Shown: positions 28,840-38,718 of the stretch, in pieces
Numbering within the stretch: the first letter of the stretch is position 1
Layout of the letters: each line of letters starts with the position of its first letter
DNA from: Bacteroidales bacterium
GTDB lineage: Bacteria > Bacteroidota > Bacteroidia > Bacteroidales > ML635J-15
Direction: 5' to 3'
DNA length: 64,000 bases
Assembly: GCA_017617125.1 (NCBI GenBank)
Contig: JAFZWY010000039.1
Span: forward strand, 13,145 to 77,144
Notes under the pieces: model-generated
Database searches by the model: none
Told to the model about the DNA's origin: nothing
Seen by the model: only the letters and a program-made list of their open reading frames with translations
Made by a program: the position numbers and the translations under genes

Positions 28840-30831
28840 TCATTTCGTATAAAATCCCTCCACCGACTGGAATGCACCATACAGAGAACTCTGATTATTG
28901 AGTTTTTTTACCGATTCGGTCATCTTGGAGACAAACGCCTCGAGTTTTACCATATACTCCTGCTCGCCGATAGTACCGCTTGCCACCATCGACAAACCTT
29001 TCTCCCAGCTTGCAGTAAGTTCGGCATTAAGCATCTGGCGAATTGAAGCGGCAACAACCTCATAAACCATTTCGCCCAACTTTGCCGGTGTAATAGTCTG
29101 TGTCTTCTTGTTAAGGTTCAGATACTCCAGTTTTACCAGCTTGCTCAAGATTTCGGCACGCGTGGCACTGGTTCCGATACCACTACCCTTTATCTGCTCG
29201 CGCAACTCCTCGTCCTCAATCAACTGACCTGCATTTTCCATTGCAAGAATCAGAGAACCGGAATTGTAGCGCTTGGGCGGCGTGGTTTCACCCTCCTTAA
29301 TTTCGTAGCCTGCAACAGGCAAGGTTGAGCCCTTGCGCAACTTGTTTACAAATTCGAAACTTCCAGAATCAACCACCTCTTCCTTGTCCTGCTGCTTGTC
29401 GTCATCAGCCTTTGGCAATCCTGCAACCACAAGATAGCCAGCATCCTCGAGCACCTTGAAATTGGCGAACAGGTGCTCCGCACCGACCTGCATATCGATT
29501 GAAACCTTGCGGTACTCGGCTGGTGGATAGAATATTGCAAGAAAACGGCGAGCAATACGGTCGTAGACCTTTCGGGCTATGTCGGAACACGATGCCAAGT
29601 TTGACACGCCCTGTCCCGTCGGAATTATTGCATAGTGGTCGGTTATCTGCTTGTCGTCGACATAACGGCTCTTGCCTATTTTTTCATACAAGCCAAAGCC
29701 CTTTATCTGCTTAGTATACTCAAGATATTCGGACTGTGTAGCCAATCCGTGCAGATTCTTTGTAATCTCCTTTGCCACAGCCGACGAAAGCACACGCGCA
29801 TCTGTACGTGGATATGTAACAAGCTTCTTTTCGTACAATTCCTGAACGATATTTAAGGTTTCGTCGGGGCTAATCTTGAACAACTTGGAGCATTCGTTCT
29901 GCAATTCGGCAAGGTTGAATAGCAAAGGTGGATTTTTCTTCTCCTTTTTCTTCTCAATTCCAGCAATTTGTGCAGTATCGCCTTCGGCTTGCATAATACC
30001 AATGCAAGCTTCAGCATCCTCGCGCTTGCGGAAACCGTTTTCCTTGTACAAAAGCGGTGAGTTAAAGTATTTTGAGCCTTCCACAGCACGCCATTCCCCT
30101 TGGAACGAGTCGTTTCCCTGACCAAAGGTTCCTATTATTCTATAAAAAGGTGTTTTTACAAACGAGCGTATCTCACGTTCGCGTCTAACAATCATGCCCA
30201 GCACACAAGTCATGACACGGCCTACGGCTACAACACAATTTTTGTCAAGTTTCAGGAAGTTTTTTACATGGTAGCCGTACTTCAAAGTCAGTATTCGGCT
30301 GAAATTTATACCCATCAGATAATCTTCCTTGGCACGCAGATAAGCCGAATCGGAAAGCGCATCGTAAGATGACAAGGGCTTTGCCTCGCGTATTCCGCGC
30401 AAAATTTCCTCCTCGGTCTGCGAATCAATCCACACACGACGACGTTGTCTGTTTTCGGGCACTCCTGCCATCCTATCAACAAGACGGTAAATGTATTCAC
30501 CCTCGCGTCCCGAGTCGGTGCAGACATATATACAGTCGACATCGGCACGAGTCAAAAGAGACTTCACAATATCGAACTGCTTTTTCACCCCAGGAATCAC
30601 CTCGTACAGATAGTCCTTGGGCAGGAAAGGCAATGTTTCGATACGCCACTGCTTCATTATCGGGTCGTAAGCATCGGGGTAACTCATCGAAACGAGGTGA
30701 CCTACGCACCAAGTCACGATGCTGGCATTGCCTTCGAGATAGCCGTCACCTCGCGACATAGACTCCTTGAGAGCCTTCGCAAACTCACGTGCAACACTCG
30801 GTTTTTCGGCTATAAAAAGATTTTTACCCAT
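28840..30831 (-). CDS. topB: DNA topoisomerase III
   Basis: Toprim start LFIAEKPSVAREFA. YPRTD active-site Tyr region (LVTYPRTDARVLS). Type IA size of 663 aa without a zinc-ribbon tail. Confidence 0.9.
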   Translation of the reverse strand: MGKNLFIAEKPSVAREFAKALKESMSRGDGYLEGNASIVTWCVGHLVSMSYPDAYDPIMKQWRIETLPFLPKDYLYEVIPGVKKQFDIVKSLLTRADVDCIYVCTDSGREGEYIYRLVDRMAGVPENRQRRRVWIDSQTEEEILRGIREAKPLSSYDALSDSAYLRAKEDYLMGINFSRILTLKYGYHVKNFLKLDKNCVVAVGRVMTCVLGMIVRREREIRSFVKTPFYRIIGTFGQGNDSFQGEWRAVEGSKYFNSPLLYKENGFRKREDAEACIGIMQAEGDTAQIAGIEKKKEKKNPPLLFNLAELQNECSKLFKISPDETLNIVQELYEKKLVTYPRTDARVLSSAVAKEITKNLHGLATQSEYLEYTKQIKGFGLYEKIGKSRYVDDKQITDHYAIIPTGQGVSNLASCSDIARKVYDRIARRFLAIFYPPAEYRKVSIDMQVGAEHLFANFKVLEDAGYLVVAGLPKADDDKQQDKEEVVDSGSFEFVNKLRKGSTLPVAGYEIKEGETTPPKRYNSGSLILAMENAGQLIEDEELREQIKGSGIGTSATRAEILSKLVKLEYLNLNKKTQTITPAKLGEMVYEVVAASIRQMLNAELTASWEKGLSMVASGTIGEQEYMVKLEAFVSKMTESVKKLNNQSSLYGAFQSVEGFYTK

Positions 30832-30873
30832 ATATTATTATATGGTGATAGAAAAAAATCGACAAATTTGCTT

Positions 30874-31248
30874 TTATGCGCCTATTACGCGTCTCAAGTT
30901 TCCAATCTGGGTGTTCCACAACTCAACGGCTTCGTCTTCTTCGTCGTCGATGACAAAATCTGTAACAATCAATGCTACATCGTTAGTAAGTTCGTGCTCT
31001 TCAATTCTAAATTCGAAGTAAGATTCGTCATCTTCCGATTCAATCCAGTGGAAACGTACCATCGACTGATCCTTTGAAGCGACAAGTTCGGCGGATTCTT
31101 CTACGCCTTCCCACTCAAAAGTAAAAATATTATCCTTCTCGCTTACCTTGTCGGCGTACCATTCGTTCAACCCTGTAGGAGTACTCAGGCGACTGTATAA
31201 AATTTTTACTGATGTGTTCAAAATAAACTCTAACTCAATCTTCTTCAT
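30874..31248 (-). CDS. START/SRPBCC-like small protein
   Basis: About 124 aa with an alternating beta pattern and a long C-terminal helix, and an acidic insert. The start is ambiguous: ATGs at 31248, 31296 and 31305. Confidence 0.5.
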   Translation of the reverse strand: MKKIELEFILNTSVKILYSRLSTPTGLNEWYADKVSEKDNIFTFEWEGVEESAELVASKDQSMVRFHWIESEDDESYFEFRIEEHELTNDVALIVTDFVIDDEEDEAVELWNTQIGNLRRVIGA

Positions 31249-31404
31249 AAGCAAAATACTCTTTACACTTATTAATTCGTGGTCAAAATTAAACATATTT
31301 TTCATATAAAAAAATTTATGCAAATATTTTTTTTCAAAAAGATTTGCACATGTCCAAAATTACATATACTTTTGCAGTCCCAATTCCAAACGGGAGTTGA
31401 TTAT

Positions 31405-31478
31405 GGCGAGGTAGCTCAGCTGGTTAGAGCGCATGATTCATAATCATGAGGTCGGCGGTTCAATCCCGCCTCTCGCTA
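31405..31478 (+). tRNA. tRNA-Met (anticodon CAT); a lysidine-modified tRNA-Ile2 cannot be excluded
   Basis: Acceptor GGCGAGG/TCTCGCT (two G-U pairs), D arm GCTC-AGCTGGTTA-GAGC, anticodon loop TTCATAA, T arm GGCGG-TTCAATC-CCGCC. A TACTTTTG box lies upstream. Confidence 0.85.
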
Positions 31479-31486
31479 CAAAAGTT

Positions 31487-31511
31487 AAGCGGCTGATTAG
31501 CCGCTTTTTTT
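31487..31511 (+). terminator. intrinsic terminator after tRNA-Met
   Basis: AAGCGGCT-GATT-AGCCGCTT followed by a T-run. Confidence 0.75.
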
Positions 31512-31588
31512 GTTTACATACCCAAACTATTCATAAATCGTAAACCAATTTGCATTATATTTGCAAGTCTTTTTTGAAAACATACGAA

Positions 31589-33700
31589 ATGAACGAAAAA
31601 TTCCATAGGATTATCTTTATAATCATCGCAATAGCGATTGCAGCGACAATGTTTGCACTCGTAAGCGGCTACGGCAGCAGCATAGCCGAAGACGAATACC
31701 AGATAAACAACGCAATCCAACTTGACAGGTACTACAAGAGTTTCGGCAACGACACCAGCATCCTCGAAAACACCCACCCGATGTACAGCGGTTGGTTCAA
31801 CGCGCTGACAATTACCATGTCGGATTTCTTTGTAAAATGCGAAGTAAGAGGTGTGCGCCATGCAATGAATGTCGTTTTCGGATTCATCGGAATTATTTTT
31901 GCCGCTTTGCTTGCAAAACGCTGTCGCAACTGGCGCACCGGCACATTCGTTCTGCTTCTTATGGGACTTTCGCCAGTGATTTTCGGACATTCGATGTTCA
32001 ACCTCGACGACATTCCTGTTTTTGCGACATTCGCGGCATCGCTGTATTTCACGAAACGCCTCGCCGACCACTTTCCCAAGCCGAAAATCATCGATGCAAT
32101 ATTCTTTGCATTGTCAACAGCATTGTGCATCACAGCAAATCCTGACAGCTCGCTCATAGTCGCAATTGCACTAATCCTTTGCATCATTGGACTTATCGCA
32201 CAACGCAAACACGACCAAATCAAGAAAGCAACAATAAGATACTCCATCTTTGCAATTTGCTCGCTGGCAGTAATTTGTGGAATTGTAGTGCTTCTTATAC
32301 CACAAAGTATCGGAACTTGGCTGGAATCGTTCTCTCCGACCTCGCCGACGAGAATATTGTTCCAAGGCAAACTCTACTGGACAGATCTGCTGCCATGGTA
32401 CTACAATGTAAAAATGCTGGTTATGACAATTCCTGCTGCAGTATTTGTAGGCATGCTTCTCGCGTTAGGTTTGTGCTTTGTAAAAAAATCGAATAGAAGC
32501 GAAATAATCACACTTTTGGTTATTTCAGTTCTTCCAATTCTATTTTTCTCACTCAAATCCGACACAAACGGCATTTGGCAGCACCTGCTTTTCGCAGAAG
32601 TTCCGCTATACATAGTGGCAGCAATCGGCTTCGACATGCTTGCCGAATCGTCACGCACAAAAACCACACAAATTGCCGGCATAGCAATACCTATTCTATT
32701 AATGGTAATGCCAGCCGTTCATATTTTCCGCAGCCATCCTTACAGCCACATCTACTACAACGAATTTACAGGTGGAGTACAACATGCATTTGGTCGCTAC
32801 GAACTTGAAAACTACGGAGTAAGCAACCGTGAAGCAGCACAATGGGTAATCGACAACGGCAAGTACAACCTTTCTGGCAACCAGCTTTTTGTGGCAACAA
32901 GAAGCGAACTCGCAGGAAAACACTACTTTGGCGAATACAAATACGAAGTCTCGATAGTAGAAAGTCGCTGGGCGGAACGTGCAAACCATATATGGGACTA
33001 CGCAATATTCCCCGTCACGGGCATAGAACCCGAAATCTTGACAAGTCAGTATTTCCCGCCCAAGAACACAGTTGACACAATAAGCATCGACAATGTTCCG
33101 ATTTGCCTTGTCCTACAGCGCACCGACACCTGCGACCTTTACGGACGCGGTTACCTTGCCAACAACGATGTGCCTCACGCCATCGAACTGCTCGAAATGG
33201 CCGTTTACAATGATCCTACCAACGAATCGGCAATGATAAACCTCATCGATGCCAATTTGCGCATAAACAACAAGGACGCAATGAAAAAGTGGATTGACCG
33301 CTTCCTCGAAATCGCTCCTCGCGACGATGTTGGCAACTACTACAATGCATATTATCAAAATATAACAGGCAATAACGACGAAGCAGAACGCATCGGCAAG
33401 GAAATCATCGACTACAATCCACGTTTCAGCCTTGCATACATGTTCCTTTCAACGATTTATACGCTGCAAAAACGCTACGACGAAGCCGAAAGTATAGTTC
33501 TCTCGCTTGTCGACTACGACATGTACGACGAGCAGGCGGCCCGTCAGCTTGTACGCGTATACAACGCCCAGCAGAGGGATATCAGCGAAGCCGAACTGTC
33601 GTACTACGACTACGCATACAAATCTTATGACAGACGTGGCAAAAAGGAACTTGCCGAAAAATACAAGAAGCTTTACGAAGAGACAAAAAACAAACAATAA
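31589..33700 (+). CDS. GT-C fold (ArnT/PMT-like) membrane glycosyltransferase with a C-terminal TPR domain
   Basis: About 12 TM helices with an acidic first-loop motif (IAEDEY) and a C-terminal ~200 aa of TPR-like repeats. The start at 31589 lies downstream of a TATATTTG box at ~31557; the track start at 31550 lies upstream of the box. Confidence 0.6.
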   Translation: MNEKFHRIIFIIIAIAIAATMFALVSGYGSSIAEDEYQINNAIQLDRYYKSFGNDTSILENTHPMYSGWFNALTITMSDFFVKCEVRGVRHAMNVVFGFIGIIFAALLAKRCRNWRTGTFVLLLMGLSPVIFGHSMFNLDDIPVFATFAASLYFTKRLADHFPKPKIIDAIFFALSTALCITANPDSSLIVAIALILCIIGLIAQRKHDQIKKATIRYSIFAICSLAVICGIVVLLIPQSIGTWLESFSPTSPTRILFQGKLYWTDLLPWYYNVKMLVMTIPAAVFVGMLLALGLCFVKKSNRSEIITLLVISVLPILFFSLKSDTNGIWQHLLFAEVPLYIVAAIGFDMLAESSRTKTTQIAGIAIPILLMVMPAVHIFRSHPYSHIYYNEFTGGVQHAFGRYELENYGVSNREAAQWVIDNGKYNLSGNQLFVATRSELAGKHYFGEYKYEVSIVESRWAERANHIWDYAIFPVTGIEPEILTSQYFPPKNTVDTISIDNVPICLVLQRTDTCDLYGRGYLANNDVPHAIELLEMAVYNDPTNESAMINLIDANLRINNKDAMKKWIDRFLEIAPRDDVGNYYNAYYQNITGNNDEAERIGKEIIDYNPRFSLAYMFLSTIYTLQKRYDEAESIVLSLVDYDMYDEQAARQLVRVYNAQQRDISEAELSYYDYAYKSYDRRGKKELAEKYKKLYEETKNKQ

Positions 33701-33716
33701 TAAAACGAGAAATTAG

Positions 33717-33740
33717 CCCTTCGACTACGCTCAGGGGGCG
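33717..33740 (+). repeat. REP-like element, copy 2 (CCCTTCGACTACGCTCAGGGGGCG)
   Basis: Matches copy 1 at 23 of 24 positions. Lies 17 nt after the stop of the GT-C gene. Confidence 0.8.
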
Positions 33741-33758
33741 ACTTAGAAACATTACAAT

Positions 33759-34919
33759 ATGAACTATCTCTCAACTAATACACCTCTACCGAAGATAACA
33801 GGCTCGCTGATAAGCTATTTCAGCAACATGGTAAAACTAAACGGCGGAACAAACCTTGCACAAGGCATACCGGGATTCCGTCCGCCAGAGAAACTTCTGG
33901 AGATATTTGCCCAAATTCTGAACAAGGACATTCACCAGTACGCTCCCGGCTGCGGAAACAAAAAGCTGCTCGAATATCTTGACGCAAAATACAGCAACCG
34001 TCCATCAACAGCGAGAATATTCATATCGAGCGGAGCGACAGAGGCTGTTTCGTTGATTTACACCTACCTGCAAGGCAACAAAGGCAAGAACTTCAACGCA
34101 ATGAGTTTTTCGCCAGCATACGAATCGTACATACACCTGCCACAGATTTTCGGCAACAACTTTTTCACCTACCCCACCGACCCCGAAATTTATTTCGACA
34201 ATACAGACTTTCGCAAGTTCTTTGTCGACAACAAGATAAATGTAATTTTCGTGGCATCGCCCGGAAATCCATACGGTAAGACCTTGAGCCGCGAAAAACT
34301 CAACTACCTCATCGATCTCTGCGAAGAGTTTGGATCATACCTTATAATAGATTCGGTTTACTGCGAACTATACTTCAACAACGAACCGCCCTACTACCCT
34401 ATTGAACGTATTTCACCAAACGTTTTCTACGTAAACAGTTTTTCGAAGAGATTTTCAATAACCGGCTGGCGCGTAGGGTATTTCATTTTTGACGAAAGTC
34501 ATTTCGACAAGATAAGCTACATACACGACTACATTGGATTATCGTCGGCAGCACCGCAGCAACAGGCAATCGCCGAGTTTCTCGACACCGACGAATCGCG
34601 CACATACATTAGCGAACTGCGTTCAAAGATTCTCCGCAACCTCGCCATTGGCAACGAACGTCTGCAAAAAGCAGGTTTTGTTTGCCCGCAAAACGACGGC
34701 GGATATTTCATCTGGGCAAAGCTCCCCGAACCTTGGAACGACAGTCTCCGTTTCGGGCTAGCGCTATACGACGAAGTAAGAACGGCTGTTATTCCTGGCG
34801 TACATTTTGGCAAGGAATGGAACCAATATATAAGGATAAACATTGCGCGTGAGGAAGAGGAATTTGTAAGAGGCATTGAGAACTTGATAGAGTTCACGAA
34901 AAACGCGAAACTCATATAA
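33759..34919 (+). CDS. class I/II PLP-dependent aminotransferase
   Basis: PLP-lysine motif SFSKRFSITGWRVGY. N-terminal LAQGIPGF and GNPYG motifs. Confidence 0.85.
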   Translation: MNYLSTNTPLPKITGSLISYFSNMVKLNGGTNLAQGIPGFRPPEKLLEIFAQILNKDIHQYAPGCGNKKLLEYLDAKYSNRPSTARIFISSGATEAVSLIYTYLQGNKGKNFNAMSFSPAYESYIHLPQIFGNNFFTYPTDPEIYFDNTDFRKFFVDNKINVIFVASPGNPYGKTLSREKLNYLIDLCEEFGSYLIIDSVYCELYFNNEPPYYPIERISPNVFYVNSFSKRFSITGWRVGYFIFDESHFDKISYIHDYIGLSSAAPQQQAIAEFLDTDESRTYISELRSKILRNLAIGNERLQKAGFVCPQNDGGYFIWAKLPEPWNDSLRFGLALYDEVRTAVIPGVHFGKEWNQYIRINIAREEEEFVRGIENLIEFTKNAKLI

Positions 34920-35214
34920 TAATTATCCTAATAGTATTTCATTCCGCTCAAGCCGCGGGGGCTTTTACTTGTTATTCGCACCTACAATTGATTTTCAGCG
35001 GTGCTCATGATTGTCTTCGACAATTGTTGGCAAAAAGTAAACAAAAACCATATCCGCTGCGTCTGCTTCGGGAGATTCATTTACAAATTGAAAGATGCAA
35101 TCTCAGTAATTTTGTTATGATTTCGGACTGTCAAAAATTGTTGATAACATTAAGCAAAATAAATAAGCAATAAAAAATTATTATTGTACCTTCGCAGAGT
35201 AAAATTAAACGATT

Positions 35215-35607
35215 ATGGATATTTCAGGAAAATTGATAAAGGTATTGGAGCCAATAACAGGCAATGGCGCGAACGGACAATGGAAAAAGCAGTCGTTTGT
35301 AATAGAATACGCCAACGGGCAGTTCCCGAAGAAAGCATGCTTCCAGGTATGGGGCGACAAGGTTGACCTATCCTCGCTTGTAGTAGGCGAAGAAATACAT
35401 GTTTTCTTTGAGCCGGAAAGCCGCGAGTACAACAACAACTGGTACACCGACCTCCGTGCATGGAAGGTAGAAGCAGCTCAAAACCAAAACGGAGCATTCG
35501 CACCGCAGATGCCAACACCTCCGCCACCAACAGGCGCTCCCATGCCAACCGAAGTTCCAAACTTCGTGGATGCTGGCAGCAATGCCGATGACGATTTACC
35601 ATTCTAA
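35215..35607 (+). CDS. DUF3127-type protein with an SSB-like disordered linker and acidic DDDLPF C-terminal tip
   Basis: The N-terminal ~85 aa beta-rich domain (MDISGKLIKVLEP..G.W.KQ.FV) is recognised as DUF3127. It is followed by a P/Q/G-rich linker and the terminal hexapeptide DDDLPF. Confidence 0.7.
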   Translation: MDISGKLIKVLEPITGNGANGQWKKQSFVIEYANGQFPKKACFQVWGDKVDLSSLVVGEEIHVFFEPESREYNNNWYTDLRAWKVEAAQNQNGAFAPQMPTPPPPTGAPMPTEVPNFVDAGSNADDDLPF

Positions 35608-35613
35608 AGAAAT

Positions 35614-35642
35614 AAAAAAGGAAGTCTCCACTTCCTTTTTTT
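35614..35642. terminator. bidirectional terminator between DUF3127 gene and helicase gene
   Basis: AAAAAGGAAG-TCTCCA-CTTCCTTTTT. Confidence 0.7.
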
Positions 35643-35645
35643 ATA

Positions 35646-38312
35646 TTACAATGCCTCCATTTTCTCCATAAACGCCACCCCTACCCTTAACTCATCGTAC
35701 GAAAACTTTCCATCGGCATCGGCAAAAAGTTGCGACATGCTTCCGTATTCGCCATGCGATTCCAGATAATCCATAACCTCTGCAAACCTTGCCTTGCTAC
35801 CGATAAGCGCCTCTGGTTGAATCTCACCGGTGACAATATACCTCGTCAAATGCGAAAAAACTGTTGACACTGCAAGTGAACGCTCCTTTGCAATTTCTTC
35901 CACCGACATTCCCTGCTTGAACATTTCGAGCGACTTGCGGTACGAATCACCTTTTGCCGGCTTTTCCTTCTTTTCCTTTGCCTTTTTCTTTTTTTCCGAC
36001 TTAGCATCAGCTACTTCTTCTAGTTCCGGCAGAGCATTTTCGTCCACAATGCCATTTGCCTTGCAATAGCCGTTAATAATATTCAGAATCTCGTTGCCAT
36101 AGGCGGCAACTTTTTTTGCGCCAATACCTTTTATCTTGCTAAGCGACTTGGCATTACGCGGCAATTTTTCCACCACCTCGACAAGCGACTTCTGAGGCAA
36201 CACATAATACACCGGCATATCGAACTCGTCGGCAATCGACTTGCGCCAAGCATTAAGGGCTGTAAATAATTCTTTGTTTGTACCTGGAACCGAATATGTT
36301 TTCTGCGACTTACGGCTGAAGGTCGGCTGGAACTTGTCTTCGGTGTCGGAGATAATACGCAAATACATTTCGGTAGAAAAGCCCTCGATGGTCTTTTCCA
36401 AAACATTGCGCTTGCGGTCGTATTCAAGTTCCAATGCTTCGAGAGCCGATTTCATTTCATCGTCTATCTCCTTGTTATCGGACTCGAACAGCATCTGCGA
36501 AAACGGCTCGCCAATAACCTCACCCAACTTACCAAAGAAATATTCCGACGCCTTTGAAATCCTCTGCTGCAAAAACTCATCATCTTTCAACTGCACATTA
36601 GGCGAAGCGGAAAATATTTTCCACAACTGTATGACAAATTTCTTGTTCACACCGAAAATCAACGAATCGAACTGCTGCACGACATCAAGAAGCCGCTGCG
36701 AATATTCAGGGTTGAACTTGTTGAAATTTGCCATATACACCTTGCGCACATCCGACAACTGCCTTTGCAACAAGTTGAAATCAAATATTTTAAGCAAAAT
36801 ATCACGCTGAAACGAAACGACATACGAATTGAGACGAACTTCGTCGGGCTGATTCTGTCGGGCATTGTCGCAAAAAGTTATCACTTCGGTGTCGGACTTT
36901 ATCATCTGCGGAGAAATGGCAGTTTTCAAAGTCAAACCTTCCAGCGAACGACAACGGCTTAGCGCAACATACACCTGCCCGAACGCAAATGCAGCATGAA
37001 CGTCAATAATAGCCTTGTCGAATGTAAGTCCTTGACTTTTATGCACTGTTATCGCCCAAGCAAGCCGCAACGGATACTGTACAAACTCGCCAATAACATT
37101 CTGCTCAATCTCATTGGTTTCGCTGTTTACCGAATACTGAACATTCTCCCATAGTTCCTGCTTGACTTCAATCGGAGACAAGTCGCCATTGCAAAGCACC
37201 ATGATTTTGGAGCCGTCAATCTCGGTTATACGGCCAATTTTTCCATTGTAAAACAGCTTCGCAGGCGAAGAGTCGTTCCTGATAAACATAACCTGCGCGC
37301 CAACTTTCAGCGTGAGAGTTTCGTCGGTAGGATACATATATGGAGGAAAATTGTCCTTTATGTCCGCCGTGAACTGATATTCCTCGCCTTCAAGGGCATC
37401 TAATTTTGATGTATTAATAGAATTTGCATCGTTATTATGAGTTGTAAGGCGGATGCTGTCTTCGTCATCGGCATCAGAAACACGGCTGTTCAGCACTGCA
37501 AGCGACTCTCGAGTGAGGGTATTTGTACGTATTTCATTGAGAATTGACACAAAAACTTCGTCTCGCTGCCTGAAAATATGCGTAAGTTCCACTGTAACAT
37601 AATCCACTTTCTTCAAGGCGTTGCTATCGAAGAAATATGGAGAGCGGTAAAATTTGCTGATAATCCGCCATTCGTCCTCCTTAACAACAGGCGTAAGCTG
37701 GTACAAATCGCCAATCATAAGCAACTGCACACCACCAAACGGCAGCGACGAGCGACGGTAATGACGCAGAACGCTGTCAACGGCGTCAAGCAAATCGGAA
37801 CGCACCATGCTAATCTCGTCAATTACAAGCAAATCGAGCGAGCGCAAAAGCTTTATCTTGTTTCCGCTAACGCGATATTGTTCGCGAATAGGGTTTCCTT
37901 CGCTATCCTTGCTGACAAATGCCAGGTCGGCCCCTTCGGGGATAAAAGGCGTAAACGGAAGCTGAAACATAGAATGGATTGTAACGCCGCCAGCATTGAG
38001 AGCTGCGACACCAGTTGGAGCCACTACAACCATGCGTTTGCGAGTGATGCTCGGCAAACTTTTCAGAAAAGTAGTCTTGCCAGTTCCTGCCTTGCCTGTA
38101 AGAAACACGGACTTCCCGGTAAACTTTATCAGATCGCGGGCTAACTTTATGTTTTTGTCAATGGCTTCCAATTTATTACAATCGTTGTTGCTTGCAAAAG
38201 TAACACTTAATGACGAATTGCAGATGTGCAAATTGGAGTCGTGGCTAATTATTTCTTCGGTCATTTTTGAAATCATTTCTTTTTTTGTATCCGAAAAATC
38301 GGCAGCCGCCAT
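35646..38312 (-). CDS. PIF1/RecD-like SF1 helicase with C-terminal HRDC and HTH domains
   Basis: Walker A GKAGTGKTT, motif Ia VVAPTGVAA, Walker B LVIDEISMV, TVHKSQGLTF. HRDC-like segment (LFTALNAWRKSIADEFDMPVYYVL...IKGIGAKK) and terminal HTH (MSVEEIAKERSLAVSTVFSHL). Confidence 0.85.
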   Translation of the reverse strand: MAAADFSDTKKEMISKMTEEIISHDSNLHICNSSLSVTFASNNDCNKLEAIDKNIKLARDLIKFTGKSVFLTGKAGTGKTTFLKSLPSITRKRMVVVAPTGVAALNAGGVTIHSMFQLPFTPFIPEGADLAFVSKDSEGNPIREQYRVSGNKIKLLRSLDLLVIDEISMVRSDLLDAVDSVLRHYRRSSLPFGGVQLLMIGDLYQLTPVVKEDEWRIISKFYRSPYFFDSNALKKVDYVTVELTHIFRQRDEVFVSILNEIRTNTLTRESLAVLNSRVSDADDEDSIRLTTHNNDANSINTSKLDALEGEEYQFTADIKDNFPPYMYPTDETLTLKVGAQVMFIRNDSSPAKLFYNGKIGRITEIDGSKIMVLCNGDLSPIEVKQELWENVQYSVNSETNEIEQNVIGEFVQYPLRLAWAITVHKSQGLTFDKAIIDVHAAFAFGQVYVALSRCRSLEGLTLKTAISPQMIKSDTEVITFCDNARQNQPDEVRLNSYVVSFQRDILLKIFDFNLLQRQLSDVRKVYMANFNKFNPEYSQRLLDVVQQFDSLIFGVNKKFVIQLWKIFSASPNVQLKDDEFLQQRISKASEYFFGKLGEVIGEPFSQMLFESDNKEIDDEMKSALEALELEYDRKRNVLEKTIEGFSTEMYLRIISDTEDKFQPTFSRKSQKTYSVPGTNKELFTALNAWRKSIADEFDMPVYYVLPQKSLVEVVEKLPRNAKSLSKIKGIGAKKVAAYGNEILNIINGYCKANGIVDENALPELEEVADAKSEKKKKAKEKKEKPAKGDSYRKSLEMFKQGMSVEEIAKERSLAVSTVFSHLTRYIVTGEIQPEALIGSKARFAEVMDYLESHGEYGSMSQLFADADGKFSYDELRVGVAFMEKMEAL

Positions 38313-38335
38313 CTGGCGACCACCGAAATTTGGAA

Positions 38336-38671
38336 TTACGCCCTATCTGGCTTACTAAACAATATCGTATCGGCAACAACCTCGTATGTACACTGTTCGT
38401 TTCCATTCTTGTCTGTGTAGCGGTTCTGCTTCAGGCAACCATCAACAACGACCTCATAACCTTTCACGATTTTTGACTTTACCATATCGGCGAGATTGCC
38501 CCACGCTATGACATTGTGCCACTGCGTTTCCTTAACAACACGGTCGCTTTTCCTGAAGAAGTCGGAAGTCGCTACCGACAATTTTGCCATTTTCGTTCCA
38601 CTTGGAAATTCATAATACTTAGGGTCTCCACCTAGATTTCCAATCAATTGTACTCGATTCTTTAAATTCAT
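38336..38671 (-). CDS. ssb: single-stranded DNA-binding protein, OB-fold only, no acidic tail (SSB1)
   Basis: MNLKNRVQLIGNLGGDP...TQWHNVIAWG...KG..V.V.G.L....Y.D. Ends at residue 111 with no linker or tip. The ATG at 38671 is used; the track start is an upstream GTG. Confidence 0.85.
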   Translation of the reverse strand: MNLKNRVQLIGNLGGDPKYYEFPSGTKMAKLSVATSDFFRKSDRVVKETQWHNVIAWGNLADMVKSKIVKGYEVVVDGCLKQNRYTDKNGNEQCTYEVVADTILFSKPDRA

Positions 38672-38683
38672 AATCTTTAAATT

Positions 38684-38714
38684 TTTGTCAGTTAATAATT
38701 TATTACTACTTTTG
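38684..38714 (+). promoter_or_regulatory. consensus Bacteroidota promoter (-33 TTTG, 19-nt spacer, -7 TACTTTTG) oriented against the flanking genes
   Basis: TTTG at 38684-38687 and TACTTTTG at 38707-38714. The block is ~93% identical to 39620-39650. Confidence 0.5.
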
Positions 38715-38718
38715 CAGT

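Noticed and set aside
31405-31478. Assigning the CAT-anticodon tRNA as initiator tRNA-fMet
   Set aside because: It lacks the initiator hallmarks: there is no 1-72 C-A mismatch and no three consecutive G-C pairs at the base of the anticodon stem. It is called elongator Met, and tRNA-Ile2 has not been excluded.
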